Assembly: GCA_964504715.1 (NCBI GenBank)
Contig: CAZDEP010000008.1
Span: 1-61,469, forward strand
Direction of reading: 5' to 3'
DNA length: 61,469 nt
Source: an uncultured Candidatus Saccharibacteria bacterium
GTDB lineage: Bacteria; Patescibacteriota; Doudnabacteria; UBA920
Shown here: piece after piece, positions 1 to 9,899 of the stretch
How positions within the stretch are numbered: position 1 is the first letter of the stretch
Layout: each line of letters begins with the position of its first letter
The notes under the pieces: model-generated
Told to the model about the DNA's origin: nothing
Seen by the model: the letters and a program-made list of their open reading frames with translations, nothing else
The model's database searches: none
Made by a program: the position numbers and the translations under genes

Positions 1-310
<310 letters not shown>

Positions 311-993
311 ACTTATTTATTGAGAAGACAAAACCTGACGGTTTTTTCTTCTCAACGCTCATCTTTTTCCCTATAGTGCTGTCTCGGCCCGACGTGAAGT
401 CGAGGCCTCGACTCTACTTAGTAGAAAAAAACGAAAAAGTTTTTTAGTTAGGCAATTTTACCCGCTAAAGGGAAAATTGCGAACTGGCGATGATTGTTTT
501 AAAGATGCAATCATCAAAAATCTTATCCGTAATATACGAATTTACTCAACTGAATTCCAAAAAGGAAGTTCAGCCGGAGTAACTCAAAAGAATTTATACC
601 ATGACCCCGATTGAATGGGCCCGCCCTTGTGGGGCGGATTCAATGGGGTAAATTTCTGTCACTATTTAGCTGTTAAAGAACAGACCGCGAATCCCTCGCG
701 GATACCTACGCGGATTTCTCGCTGATCGGCAGTGGCCTGGCTCAGCGTGTGATCTGCGTAACTATCTGCGTGCATTCCGCGTTTTGGGCTAAAAAAAACA
801 CATTCCTTTTATAGGAATTATGTTCAGTCTCCCGAGTTGCCGGGATCCCCAGTAATCTCCGCCCAAGGCGGATACACTAGAGTAAAATTGAACGTGTTTA
901 TGCCCTTTTTAATCTCCTAGTCCGCCATATGGCGGGTAATATCTAAATCCTTAGCAAGTATAGACCTTTTTCTATTCAGTGTCAAGCAAATAA

Positions 994-1019
994 AAACACC
1001 TCCAAAAAAGGAGGTGTTT
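994..1019 (-). terminator. terminator-like hairpin 3' of the pilin-like gene
   Basis: AAACACCTCC-AAAAAA-GGAGGTGTTT forms a perfect 10-bp stem just downstream of the stop at 1032. The minus strand is T-rich after it. Confidence 0.5.
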
Positions 1020-1031
1020 GTGAGGAAAATT

Positions 1032-1565
1032 CTATTGGAAACCGCCCGGAGTAAGCTTGCGGGTGCCGGACTGTACTCCGCCGCCGCCGCCGACATTCTC
1101 ACCGAGACAGAAAGTAATCGCGTAAGTCGCCCCGCTTGTAGGGGTCTGATACCAATAACTGTTGCCGCCTAAACCTGCCGTATTGCAGGCTACTGAGCCG
1201 CTAGGGTTGTCGGCAGGATTGGGAGCCGTGGGAATGAGGCTTAAATATTTTGGCGACAAACCGGGGGCATTGGTGGAATTCAATAGCGCACCGGCTGCGT
1301 TAACCGAACCTGCGCTGGTCGGGTAATAGCTGTTGTCGTTATAAAACAATTCCAGGGCTTTTGCGAGCTGGTTCATATCCGAAACCCTTTTTGCGTCACG
1401 GGATTTGGATCTCGCTCCATTTAATGCAACCAAAACCACGCTGGCCAAAAGTCCAATTATGGCAATGACGACTAAAAGTTCTATAAGCGTAAAACCCGCT
1501 CCCCGGTGGGCTTTTTTTTCACCTAACCCCAAAGGAAAAAAATTAAGCTTATTTTTTATTTTCAT
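1032..1565 (-). CDS. prepilin-type N-terminal cleavage/methylation domain protein (type IV pilin/pseudopilin-like)
   Basis: It has a G/FTLIELLVVIAIIGLLASVVLVAL class III signal motif after a short basic leader. ATG start. Confidence 0.85.
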   Translation of the reverse strand: MKIKNKLNFFPLGLGEKKAHRGAGFTLIELLVVIAIIGLLASVVLVALNGARSKSRDAKRVSDMNQLAKALELFYNDNSYYPTSAGSVNAAGALLNSTNAPGLSPKYLSLIPTAPNPADNPSGSVACNTAGLGGNSYWYQTPTSGATYAITFCLGENVGGGGGVQSGTRKLTPGGFQ

Positions 1566-1666
1566 TTCTTTAATTCCTATACTTACCCACCAAACCTGTG
1601 GATATGTAACTTAAATATATGGGTATTATATACCCAATGGCCCATTGAACGCAAAAATCATCCTTA

Positions 1667-2242
1667 TTAAAGGATGATTTTATCTATAATACCGTATTTT
1701 TTTGCTTCCTCGGCAGTCAGAAAATAGTCGCGGTCCGTGTCCTTCTCCAGCCTGTTTACCGACTGTCCGGTATGCTTGGCTAAAATTAAATTGAGCTGAT
1801 TTTTTATCCTTAACATTTCCCGAGCCTGGATTTCCACGTCTTTCTGCTGGCCTTCCACTCCGCCCATGACCTGGTGTATTAGCACCCGGGCGTTAGGCAG
1901 AGCGAATCTTTTTCCCTTTCTCCCGCAAGCAAGCAATACTGCCGCCGCCGATGCGGCCTGCCCAATACAAATTGTCGACACATCGGCTTTTACGTGCTGA
2001 ATAGTGTCATATAAAGCCAAGGCTGAAGTTACACTGCCGCCCGGGGAATTTATATAAATTTTTATGTCTTCTTTACTGTTTTCCGCATCTAAAAACAGCA
2101 TTTGGGCTATAACCGTATTGGCTACGGCGTCGTCTATGGGTTCGCCCAAAAAAATGATTCTCTCCCTTAAAAGGCGACTGTAAATGTCATAAGCCCTTTC
2201 ACCCATGGCAGACTTTTCAATTACGATCGGTACAAGTGGCAT
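1667..2242 (-). CDS. clpP: ATP-dependent Clp protease proteolytic subunit
   Basis: The full-length protein matches the ClpP pattern ([39 protein letters not shown]). Confidence 0.95.
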   Translation of the reverse strand: MPLVPIVIEKSAMGERAYDIYSRLLRERIIFLGEPIDDAVANTVIAQMLFLDAENSKEDIKIYINSPGGSVTSALALYDTIQHVKADVSTICIGQAASAAAVLLACGRKGKRFALPNARVLIHQVMGGVEGQQKDVEIQAREMLRIKNQLNLILAKHTGQSVNRLEKDTDRDYFLTAEEAKKYGIIDKIIL

Positions 2243-2288
2243 AATTTTAAATAATGAATTATGAAGTAAGAATTATGAATTAGGGTAT

Positions 2289-3491
2289 TTATGAAAGTGT
2301 AGGTTGATCCGTTTTTGATTCGTCAACTGACTGTTCATCGGCAACATTTTCTGATGATGCATGAGGTTCGTCCCTTACTTCTTGCTTCTTACTTCCTGCT
2401 TCATTTTCCGCCGCCTTGTCACCACCCAAACTCACGCCGTTAATATCTATTTTCCAACCCGTTAAACGGGCTGCCAAGCGCACGTTTTGCCCGGCTTTGC
2501 CGATCGCAAGAGAAAGCTGGTCTTCCAAAACCTCAACTTTAGCTTCTTTATTCTCTTCGTTTAATTGCACGCTTAAAATTTTGGCAGGCGAGAGCGAGTT
2601 GGCAATAAATTTCACTTGATCTTCGTCAAACTGAATAATGTCTATTTTTTCGCCGCCCAGTTCCGCCATAACCGTCTGGACGCGGCTGCCTTTTTGGCCA
2701 ACGCAAGCGCCAATAGGATCTATGCCGTCTTGGTTTGCAATAACGGCAATTTTGCTTCTGGAGCCGGCTTCCCTGGCCACGGCCTTAATTTCCACGCTGC
2801 CGTTGTATATTTCCGGCACTTCAAGTTCAAATAATTTTCTGACCATGTCGGGATGGCAGCGGGAAAGGGTAATTTTTGGGCCCTTGGCCGCGGGCTCCAC
2901 GTGAAGAATTAAAACTTTCAAACGCTGGCCAATACTATAGCGTTCCCCGCGGATTTGTTCGCTCGGGAAAAGCACGCCTGTGGCCTTGCCCATGTCCACC
3001 AGCACCGTGTCGCCTTCTACCCGCTGGACTATGCCGTTCTGCAGCGTCCGTTCTTTGGCTTTAAAATCTGAAAATTGCATATTCCTTTCGGCTTCGCGCA
3101 GTTTTTGGATAATCACCTGCTTGGCGGTTTGCGCCGCAATGCGTCCGAAATTGGTGCCCGTGGAAGGCGTAATATCGGTTTTTATTATGTCGCCCACTTT
3201 ATAAGATTTCTTGATCTTTTTGGCTTCCTCTAAGGCAATCTGCTTTTGCGGATCGAATTCATTGGTTTCGTCCTCCGGATCGCCTTCGCTTTCCACCACT
3301 TCTTTTACGTCAAAAACTTTGACCGACAAATTTTCGGGGTCAAATTCCACCTGCACGTTCTGGTTTTTTTGGCCGTAATCTTTCCTAAAAGCCGCGGCCA
3401 AACTGGCTTCAATCATGCTTAAAATTTCGGCGCGGGGTATGCCTTTTTCATCTTCTATTTGCTGCAATGCCTGTTCTAATTGATCGTTCAT
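2289..3491 (-). CDS. nusA: transcription termination/antitermination factor NusA
   Basis: It has an S1-like segment (IVQRVEGDTVLVDMG) and two KH segments (GACVGQKGSRVQ, IGKAGQNVRLAARLTGW). I chose the internal ATG at 3491 (MNDQLEQALQQIEDEKGIPRAEIL is a typical NusA N-terminus). The long ORF to 3596 adds 35 aa that cover a hairpin repeat. Confidence 0.9.
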   Translation of the reverse strand: MNDQLEQALQQIEDEKGIPRAEILSMIEASLAAAFRKDYGQKNQNVQVEFDPENLSVKVFDVKEVVESEGDPEDETNEFDPQKQIALEEAKKIKKSYKVGDIIKTDITPSTGTNFGRIAAQTAKQVIIQKLREAERNMQFSDFKAKERTLQNGIVQRVEGDTVLVDMGKATGVLFPSEQIRGERYSIGQRLKVLILHVEPAAKGPKITLSRCHPDMVRKLFELEVPEIYNGSVEIKAVAREAGSRSKIAVIANQDGIDPIGACVGQKGSRVQTVMAELGGEKIDIIQFDEDQVKFIANSLSPAKILSVQLNEENKEAKVEVLEDQLSLAIGKAGQNVRLAARLTGWKIDINGVSLGGDKAAENEAGSKKQEVRDEPHASSENVADEQSVDESKTDQPTLS

Positions 3492-3673
3492 AAGTGGTAT
3501 TGAAAAGGACAAAACCAAGGTTTTTTCCTTTTCAAGACTTATCCTTTTTCCTATTTTGGTTCCTCGGCCCGGAATAAATTCGAGGCCTCGGAGCATTGGA
3601 AAATATTTAATTGTAGATTTAATTTAATCGTTAATGCATTTAAGAATAAAAAAGATGAGCTCGGCTCATCTGG

Positions 3674-4099
3674 TTAGTTCCAATCCTCAACTGCATTCAT
3701 ATATATTTTAACAGACTCAGGGGCTTTGTCAATATCAGGCAATATTATGGCACACACGTCAATTTGCGGGCGAAGATTGGCTAAGTTTTGGTGTTTCTGC
3801 AAATACAGCTTGACGGCCTTTAATATTTTTAACTGCTTAAAATGGTCCACGGCCTCAAGCGGGCCTCCAAAAAAACCTTTTTCACTCTGCCTGGTTTTTA
3901 CTTCCACAAAAGCCAGCACGGAATTATTTTTGGCGATAAAATCTATTTCGCCCAAGCGTTTACCCTTCTTATTGAATTCGTTTTTCGCGATTATTTTAAA
4001 GCCTTTTTTTTCATATTCTGTTTGCGCAATTTCTTCCCCCACCTGGCCCAGGGTTTTTGGTTTTAGGGGTTCCAACGTTTTACGAAGCCATTTAAACAT
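3674..4099 (-). CDS. yraN: YraN family (UPF0102) endonuclease-like protein
   Basis: GEIDFIAKNNSVLAFVEVKTR and the C-terminal IDVCAI pattern are typical of UPF0102. Confidence 0.8.
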   Translation of the reverse strand: MFKWLRKTLEPLKPKTLGQVGEEIAQTEYEKKGFKIIAKNEFNKKGKRLGEIDFIAKNNSVLAFVEVKTRQSEKGFFGGPLEAVDHFKQLKILKAVKLYLQKHQNLANLRPQIDVCAIILPDIDKAPESVKIYMNAVEDWN

Positions 4100-4179
4100 A
4101 GAATTGTAGCATATAACAAGTATTAAGTAGCAAGCTAAATAATTTTAACCCTTTATACTTATTTACCTGCTACTTGCTA

Positions 4180-4575
4180 CTATCTTGGTAAATATTTCAT
4201 TTTTACCTGCTCCTTTTCCCAGGCGGTTTTTTCGCTTCGATAGTGCCTGAACATTTTCCACGCAACGCCAAGAAGCCACAAAACAGCAATAAGCAAGATT
4301 ACCATGGCGACCAAATGCGTGCCAAAAAATCTTACAAATTGCCGCCGCGCCAAATACCACATAAATTCGCCCACCGACAAAAATAATAACGCATTAAATA
4401 ATTTGCTTCGATACGCCGCATCCACGGGGCTGGGTGAAAGTTTTTGTGCAACCTTTAAAAATACCGCGGCAGCCAAAGCGGCAAAACCCACAAATAAAAA
4501 GGCCTTGTCCACGGGCTCAATAATTACGCGGTTTATTTGAAATAAAAATTGGGGTGAAAATAATTGTTTAAACAT
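4180..4575 (-). CDS. hypothetical integral membrane protein
   Basis: 131 aa with about four hydrophobic helices. I recognise no family. Confidence 0.5.
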   Translation of the reverse strand: MFKQLFSPQFLFQINRVIIEPVDKAFLFVGFAALAAAVFLKVAQKLSPSPVDAAYRSKLFNALLFLSVGEFMWYLARRQFVRFFGTHLVAMVILLIAVLWLLGVAWKMFRHYRSEKTAWEKEQVKMKYLPR

Positions 4576-4604
4576 ATTGCTACAGAATTAATAACTATAT
4601 GAAC

Positions 4605-4639
4605 CTACAGATGCCTACAGATTCCGTAGGCATCTGTAG
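4605..4639. repeat. perfect 14-bp-stem intergenic hairpin built from CTACAG words
   Basis: CTACAGATGCCTAC-AGATTCC-GTAGGCATCTGTAG. More CTACAG/CTGTAG words flank it (4575-4666). Confidence 0.8.
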
Positions 4640-4666
4640 TGCCTAGTTCTCTGTAGTTCTGTAGCA

Positions 4667-5200
4667 TTATTTCAAAAATAACAACCCATAATGATATCCG
4701 TCCGACTGGAGCTCCTTGCCCTTCCTGAAACCCGCTTTCATAAGCAGCACCTCGGCCGTCTCCTGGTCTATGCGGTGCTCTAGCGGGGGGCCAATGGGGC
4801 TTAATTCCTTTTTCCATTCCACGACCGCCACTTTGCCGCCGGACTTTAAAACACGGTAAGCGTTTTTTAAAAGCGCTTCCCTGCCCTGCCCGATTTCGTG
4901 GAGGATATTGCTTAAAATGACCACATCGCAAAAAGCTTCGGGAATTTCCAAAATCGGCTTGGCCAAATCGGCCCTAACAACTTTCACATTCCTGTAGCCG
5001 TACTGGTTGGCAATGGAAACCGTAGCCGCCAGCTTTGATTCCTGCACATCAACCGCCACAACTTCCCCTTCCGCCCCCGCCAGCTGCGCCGCCGGCAAAA
5101 CAAAAAACCCGTTACCACAGCCAAAATCCGCGACTATATCGCCCCGCTGAATGCCCACCTGGGCAATTATGGCGCTGGGATTTATGAATTTTGTTGGCAT
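4667..5200 (-). CDS. class I SAM-dependent methyltransferase
   Basis: Motif I VADFGCGNGFF, followed by VVAVDV and a DVVILSNILHE pattern. Confidence 0.8.
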   Translation of the reverse strand: MPTKFINPSAIIAQVGIQRGDIVADFGCGNGFFVLPAAQLAGAEGEVVAVDVQESKLAATVSIANQYGYRNVKVVRADLAKPILEIPEAFCDVVILSNILHEIGQGREALLKNAYRVLKSGGKVAVVEWKKELSPIGPPLEHRIDQETAEVLLMKAGFRKGKELQSDGYHYGLLFLK

Positions 5201-5224
5201 ACAGTAAAATTTTCAATTTTATTT

Positions 5225-6025
5225 TTAAATTTCTTTATGCAAATGGCTTATGTTTGTGGCTTTTCCCGAGCTTTCCACCTCCACTATCACGGCATTTATT
5301 TGCATAATTCCTTCTTCTTCCGGCTCATTTTTAAACTTTGCGCTTGGGTCGAGGAATTTTTTTAGGGCATTTTGCCTCACCACCCCTATTACCCCATCCC
5401 TGGCGCCGGTCATACCGGCATCGGAAATATAAGCCGCACCTTGGGGAAGCACCCGGGCATCTGCCGTGGGCACATGGGTGTGGGTGCCAAAGACTGCCGT
5501 TACTTTGCCGTCCGCATGCCAGCCGAAGGCAATTTTCTCGCTGCTGGCCTCGCTATGGAAATCTACTACTATTATATCACCTTTTTGGGACTGCTCTTTA
5601 AGCAGGCTGTCCAACATGGAAAAAGGATTGGCAATTTGGCCGTCAAATTGCGCTTCCATAAACACTTGCGCGTTTAAATTAATAACCAGATATTGCTGGT
5701 TATCTTTGGAAAAGCGGAAGTAGCCGTGGCCGGGCAGCGCGCCCATAAAATTGGCGGGACGGATAAGGTTTGGATATTTTTCAAAAACCGCTTCAGCCAG
5801 TTCATGCTTGCTGAATATATGGTTGCCTCCGGTATACACATCTATACCCAAACTGTCTATTTCCTGCATGGTCGAAAGGGTCACTCCTTTGCCATGGGCC
5901 ATGTTTTCTACATTTACAATTACTACGTCCGGTTTATGCTCTTCCTGCCATTGGGGCAAGACCCGACGCAAAATATTGCGCCCGCCTTTTCCCACAACAT
6001 CTCCTATGAATAATATTTTTGCCAT
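5225..6025 (-). CDS. ymdB: YmdB-family metallophosphoesterase (2',3'-cyclic-nucleotide phosphodiesterase-like)
   Basis: MAKILFIGDVVGKGGR, NVENMAHGKG, GGNH, DFHSEASSEK and GTHTHVPTAD match the TIGR00282-type pattern. It lies downstream of rny, as in Bacillus. Confidence 0.85.
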   Translation of the reverse strand: MAKILFIGDVVGKGGRNILRRVLPQWQEEHKPDVVIVNVENMAHGKGVTLSTMQEIDSLGIDVYTGGNHIFSKHELAEAVFEKYPNLIRPANFMGALPGHGYFRFSKDNQQYLVINLNAQVFMEAQFDGQIANPFSMLDSLLKEQSQKGDIIVVDFHSEASSEKIAFGWHADGKVTAVFGTHTHVPTADARVLPQGAAYISDAGMTGARDGVIGVVRQNALKKFLDPSAKFKNEPEEEGIMQINAVIVEVESSGKATNISHLHKEI

Positions 6026-6110
6026 GCAAAAATGGAATTAAGAATTATGAAGTAAGTATTAAGTATGAACTGCAAATTCTTACTTCTTAATTCATACTTC
6101 CTACTTCTAG

Positions 6111-6170
6111 CTTATCTCGCATATTCTATTACCCTAGTTTCCCTAATTACGTGCACTTTTATTTCACCGG
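6111..6170. repeat. non-coding relic copy of the rny 3' end (60/60 identical to 6881-6940)
   Basis: A direct base-by-base comparison of the two 60-nt strings shows identity. Identity stops at both borders. Confidence 0.95.
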
Positions 6171-6172
6171 AG

Positions 6173-6892
6173 TTAATTTTCCCGGGTTTTTCTGGCCACC
6201 AAAAGCATATAGCCTTTGTCAATAATGTGCCTAACCTTTGTCTTCCGTGGAAGCTTTCCTAATTCTTCCACACTCATGCCTTCAAAAGTCGCTGTCTCTA
6301 CATCCATCTGCAATTCTTTTTCTAACAGGGAAACAATCTGCATGTTATCTACGGCCCGCTCCGGAGAAAAAACCTGCGAGTGCGTAAAGCCGCCCCTGTC
6401 AGGCGAATTAAAAATTAATAGCCTCCCTCCCACTTTTACGTATTTCAATATTTCTGGAACAACCTTCTTATAAGGCACATAATTTAAAACGGCGGTAAGA
6501 ATAACAGTGTCTACAACCGGCTCATTTTTTACTGGAATATCGTGGCCCCTTAGCCATTTGCGCGTATTTGCCAGCTCCCTTTTTTCGGCAAAACTTGGTC
6601 TTTCTATATTTCTCAAATCGGCTATAAACTGCCTCATACTTCCATCTTCCATATTTATAGCCGCTATATCTACGCGAATAATCTGAGTTTCAGGATATTT
6701 TATTAAGCTAGAAACCCCAAACCTTCCACTGCCAATATCTGCTATTACTTGGCCAAGTTTCTTTTCTTCCCTCAGCTTGTCTAATACCGGCACAACCCTC
6801 TCTTTTAAAAGGCCCAAATCGTATTCATGACCGGAAACCCAATCCTGTCGAAAAACTTTCTCTACACTTTCGGGATTGTACTTATCTCGCAT
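6173..6892 (-). CDS. methyltransferase-like protein (class I SAM-MTase fold, putative)
   Basis: VIADIGSGRFG resembles motif I, and there is a later LLIFNSPDRG segment. Its ATG lies inside the 60-bp repeat and overlaps the rny stop. Confidence 0.6.
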   Translation of the reverse strand: MRDKYNPESVEKVFRQDWVSGHEYDLGLLKERVVPVLDKLREEKKLGQVIADIGSGRFGVSSLIKYPETQIIRVDIAAINMEDGSMRQFIADLRNIERPSFAEKRELANTRKWLRGHDIPVKNEPVVDTVILTAVLNYVPYKKVVPEILKYVKVGGRLLIFNSPDRGGFTHSQVFSPERAVDNMQIVSLLEKELQMDVETATFEGMSVEELGKLPRKTKVRHIIDKGYMLLVARKTREN

Positions 6893-8420
6893 ATTCTATT
6901 ACCCTAGTTTCCCTAATTACGTGCACTTTTATTTCACCGGGGAATTTTAGCTCGCCCTGGATTTGGTTGGCTATGTCGCGCGCCATTTTTTGGGCGGCGG
7001 AATCGTCAATCTTTTCCGGCATAACAAAGACCCTTAGTTCCCTTCCGCCCTGAATGGCGTAAGATTTTTGCACACCTTCGTAATTGTTGGCAATATTTTC
7101 CAAATCCGTAAGGCGTTTTATGTAATTTTCCAAACTGTCTTTTCTCGCGCCCGGCCGGCTACCGGAAATGTTGTCGCAGACGTCCACAATAATTGCTTCA
7201 ATGCTATTGGCCCGTTCGGACTTGCCCGAAACGTCGGTGTCATGGTGGTGGGAAGCAATGGCTTCTTTTATGCGCGGATCGAGCGAGAATTTTTCCGCAA
7301 TTTTTACACCCAATTCCACGTGACTGCCTTCCAAATCCTGGTCAAGCGCTTTACCAATGTCATGAAGCAGGGCTCCCTGTTTGACTATGGAAACGTCCGC
7401 ACCCAGCTCCTCTGCCAAAAGCGCCCCAATTTTTGCCATTTCCACGGAGTGCCTTAAAATATTCTGCCCGTAAGAAGTCCTAAACATCATGCGCCCTACC
7501 AAATGAACCAATTTAGGCGGAAAGTTGGTAATGCCCAATTCGTAAACAGCCTGCTCCCCGGCCTGTTTGATTTGCTCATTAATTTCCGCCTTGCTTTTTT
7601 CGTACGCTTCCTCTATGCGGGCCGGATGTATGCGGCCGTCGGAAAGCAATTTTTCCAAAGTCAATTTGGCAATGTGCCGGCGTATGGAATTAAAGCCGGA
7701 AATTACCACGCTGTCCGGCGAATCATCGATTAAAATTTCCACGCCCATCATTTGCTCAAAAGTGCGGATATTGCGGCCTTCCTTACCAATAATCCTGCCC
7801 TTCATTTCTTCGCTCGGGATTTGGACTACGGTGGTGGTAACTTCGCTGGTGACTTCGCTTGAGACCCTTTCCAAGGCTTGGGCGACAAGGTTTCGAGCTT
7901 CCCGGTCGGCGCCTTCGTAGGCCTCATTAAGCAGCTTCTTGTGGAGTTCCACCATTTCTTCCTTAACCAGTTTTTCGGTGTTATCCAGTAAAACTTTTTT
8001 TGCCTCTTCCCGGGTTAAACCGGCAATTTTTTCCAAATTTTCCAGCTGTTTGGCCTTAATCTGCTTTATTTCTTCCTGCAAAGTTTTAACTTCCTGGTGC
8101 TTTATTTCCAAGTCCTGCTTTTGTCTTTCCACAGTCTGGGATTTGCTTTCCAGTTCTTTCTCCTTCCTGTCTACGCGCTCTTCAAAACGCACCATTTGCT
8201 GCCGGAATTCCGACTCCTGTTTTTTTGCCTGCTCAATAATTTCCAAAGATTTGGTTTTGGCCTCCAAAAGCAGCTCCTTCTCCTTATTCTTAGCTTCCTC
8301 CATAAGGCGTTCCGCCCTTGCTTCTGCCGAACCCACTTTTTTTGCGGCCATCTGTTGGCGCACAAAAAAACCGGCCGCCGCGCCAATAACGACTCCCAGC
8401 AAAATATATATGCCAATCAT
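6882..8420 (-). CDS. rny: ribonuclease Y
   Basis: N-terminal TM helix, long coiled coil, KH domain (GKEGRNIRTFE) and HD domain (LLHDIGKA, ASHHHD). Confidence 0.95.
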   Translation of the reverse strand: MIGIYILLGVVIGAAAGFFVRQQMAAKKVGSAEARAERLMEEAKNKEKELLLEAKTKSLEIIEQAKKQESEFRQQMVRFEERVDRKEKELESKSQTVERQKQDLEIKHQEVKTLQEEIKQIKAKQLENLEKIAGLTREEAKKVLLDNTEKLVKEEMVELHKKLLNEAYEGADREARNLVAQALERVSSEVTSEVTTTVVQIPSEEMKGRIIGKEGRNIRTFEQMMGVEILIDDSPDSVVISGFNSIRRHIAKLTLEKLLSDGRIHPARIEEAYEKSKAEINEQIKQAGEQAVYELGITNFPPKLVHLVGRMMFRTSYGQNILRHSVEMAKIGALLAEELGADVSIVKQGALLHDIGKALDQDLEGSHVELGVKIAEKFSLDPRIKEAIASHHHDTDVSGKSERANSIEAIIVDVCDNISGSRPGARKDSLENYIKRLTDLENIANNYEGVQKSYAIQGGRELRVFVMPEKIDDSAAQKMARDIANQIQGELKFPGEIKVHVIRETRVIEYAR

Positions 8421-8751
8421 AAAATTCCTTAACTTTCTGCAAAAGTTAGGCTAAAAAAATACACGCAAAAACCGGTCAATTCAGTTGAATTAACCTATAA
8501 CTACTTTTCCTTCTTGACTGATTACCTGAAAATACGATAACGAGTTAAGAATATTGAAAGGATTCGCAGATACAATTTGCATATACAACTTTCAGCCGTA
8601 ATTTCTTTTGCAAGTTTATCAATAAATTTCTATGGCTGTATGCTACCACAGTTTGCCTTTGTTGTCAAAGGATGGTATTCTTTTCATAAATAAAGATATA
8701 TTGAAATCAAAAATCTGTATATCACGTATTTATCAGTAATCAGTAAAATCA

Positions 8752-9336
8752 ATGAAGCACGAATTACCCAAATTAGCCTATTCTTATGACGCACTGGAGC
8801 CGTATATAGATACGCGGACAATGGAAATCCACCACACCAAGCACCACCAGGCATATGTGGATAAATTAAACGCGGTCTTGGAAAAATACCCCGCCCTACT
8901 GGGCCGACCAGTGGAAGAATTGCTGAAAGATCTGGCAAATCTTAATGTTGAAGAAGCCGACCGAACGGCCATAAGAAACCACGGCGGCGGCCATTTAAAT
9001 CACAGCATGTTTTGGCAAATTTTAGACCCGGCCAATAAAAAAGACGAGCTGCTCGAAAGGGAAATTATTTCCGCCTTCGGCTCAGTGGAAGAATTCAAAA
9101 AACAGTTTGGCGATTCTGCGGCCAAAGTTTTTGGCAGCGGCTGGACTTGGCTTGTTAGGGACGGCCAAAGCTCAAAACTCAAAATACAAAATATGCCCAA
9201 CCAAGATTCGCCGCTTATGCTGGGCTTGCAGCCAATTTTAGGCTTGGACGTCTGGGAACATGCGTATTATTTAAAATATCAAAACAAGCGCCCCGACTAC
9301 ATAGAGGCGTGGTGGAATGTGCTAAAGTTGATATAA
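8752..9336 (+). CDS. sodA: Fe/Mn-family superoxide dismutase
   Basis: LPKLAYSYDALEPYID, HHTKHHQAYV and DVWEHAYYLKYQN. The metal specificity cannot be called from the sequence. Confidence 0.9.
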   Translation: MKHELPKLAYSYDALEPYIDTRTMEIHHTKHHQAYVDKLNAVLEKYPALLGRPVEELLKDLANLNVEEADRTAIRNHGGGHLNHSMFWQILDPANKKDELLEREIISAFGSVEEFKKQFGDSAAKVFGSGWTWLVRDGQSSKLKIQNMPNQDSPLMLGLQPILGLDVWEHAYYLKYQNKRPDYIEAWWNVLKLI

Positions 9337-9360
9337 TTTTTAAAATAGTCGGCTAAAATA

Positions 9361-9402
9361 AAAACCTCCCTTGTGCCCGCAGGCAATTAGGGAGGTTTTT
9401 TA
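9361..9402. terminator. bidirectional terminator hairpin between sod and rplS
   Basis: AAAACCTCCC...GGGAGGTTTT is a 10-bp stem followed by a T-run, between convergent genes. Confidence 0.6.
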
Positions 9403-9416
9403 TTGTTTGGTTATGA

Positions 9417-9803
9417 TTATTTTTTTCTCGTGGCTTTTCTCATCCGCGGCATGCTGTCTTTCAGGGCTCTAACATAATAAAGTTTGGCTTTCCTGACTTC
9501 GGGAGTTTTAACCACTTCCAATTTAACAATGTTCGGGGAATGCAGGGGGAAAATCCTCTCGACGCCCACGCCATAGGAAATTTTACGGACGGTAAAGGTG
9601 GAATTGGTCCCCTGGCCACCTTTTTTGGCAATGACTACACCCTCAAAAACCTGGGCCCGTTCTTTCTTGCCTGTAACCTTGCCGGTTTTAGGATCGGTTA
9701 AAATATCTATTACTTTCTGGTGGACCCTCACGGTAAAGCCGGGCCGGATTTCCGGCATATCATTTCTGACTTGGGACTCCGATAAGTGTTTAATGTATGA
9801 CAT
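9417..9803 (-). CDS. rplS: 50S ribosomal protein L19
   Basis: IRPGFTVRVHQKV...ERAQVFEGVVIAKKG...FTVRK...GVERIFPLHSP matches the L19 pattern. Confidence 0.95.
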   Translation of the reverse strand: MSYIKHLSESQVRNDMPEIRPGFTVRVHQKVIDILTDPKTGKVTGKKERAQVFEGVVIAKKGGQGTNSTFTVRKISYGVGVERIFPLHSPNIVKLEVVKTPEVRKAKLYYVRALKDSMPRMRKATRKK

Positions 9804-9899
9804 TGAATTAGTAGCAAGTAGTAAGTATCAAGTACTTAGCATAAAAGCAGGGATCGTATTCCTTGCTACATACTACTTGATACATGCTACAAAAATTAA

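Noticed and set aside
1597-1605. Near-consensus DnaA box TGTGGATAT upstream of the pilin-like gene
   Set aside because: It is a single one-mismatch 9-mer with no clustering or AT-rich unwinding element nearby, which is compatible with chance.
8684-8938. 84-aa minus-strand ORF overlapping the sod start
   Set aside because: It overlaps a well-supported SOD gene and the divergent promoter region, and its translation is featureless.
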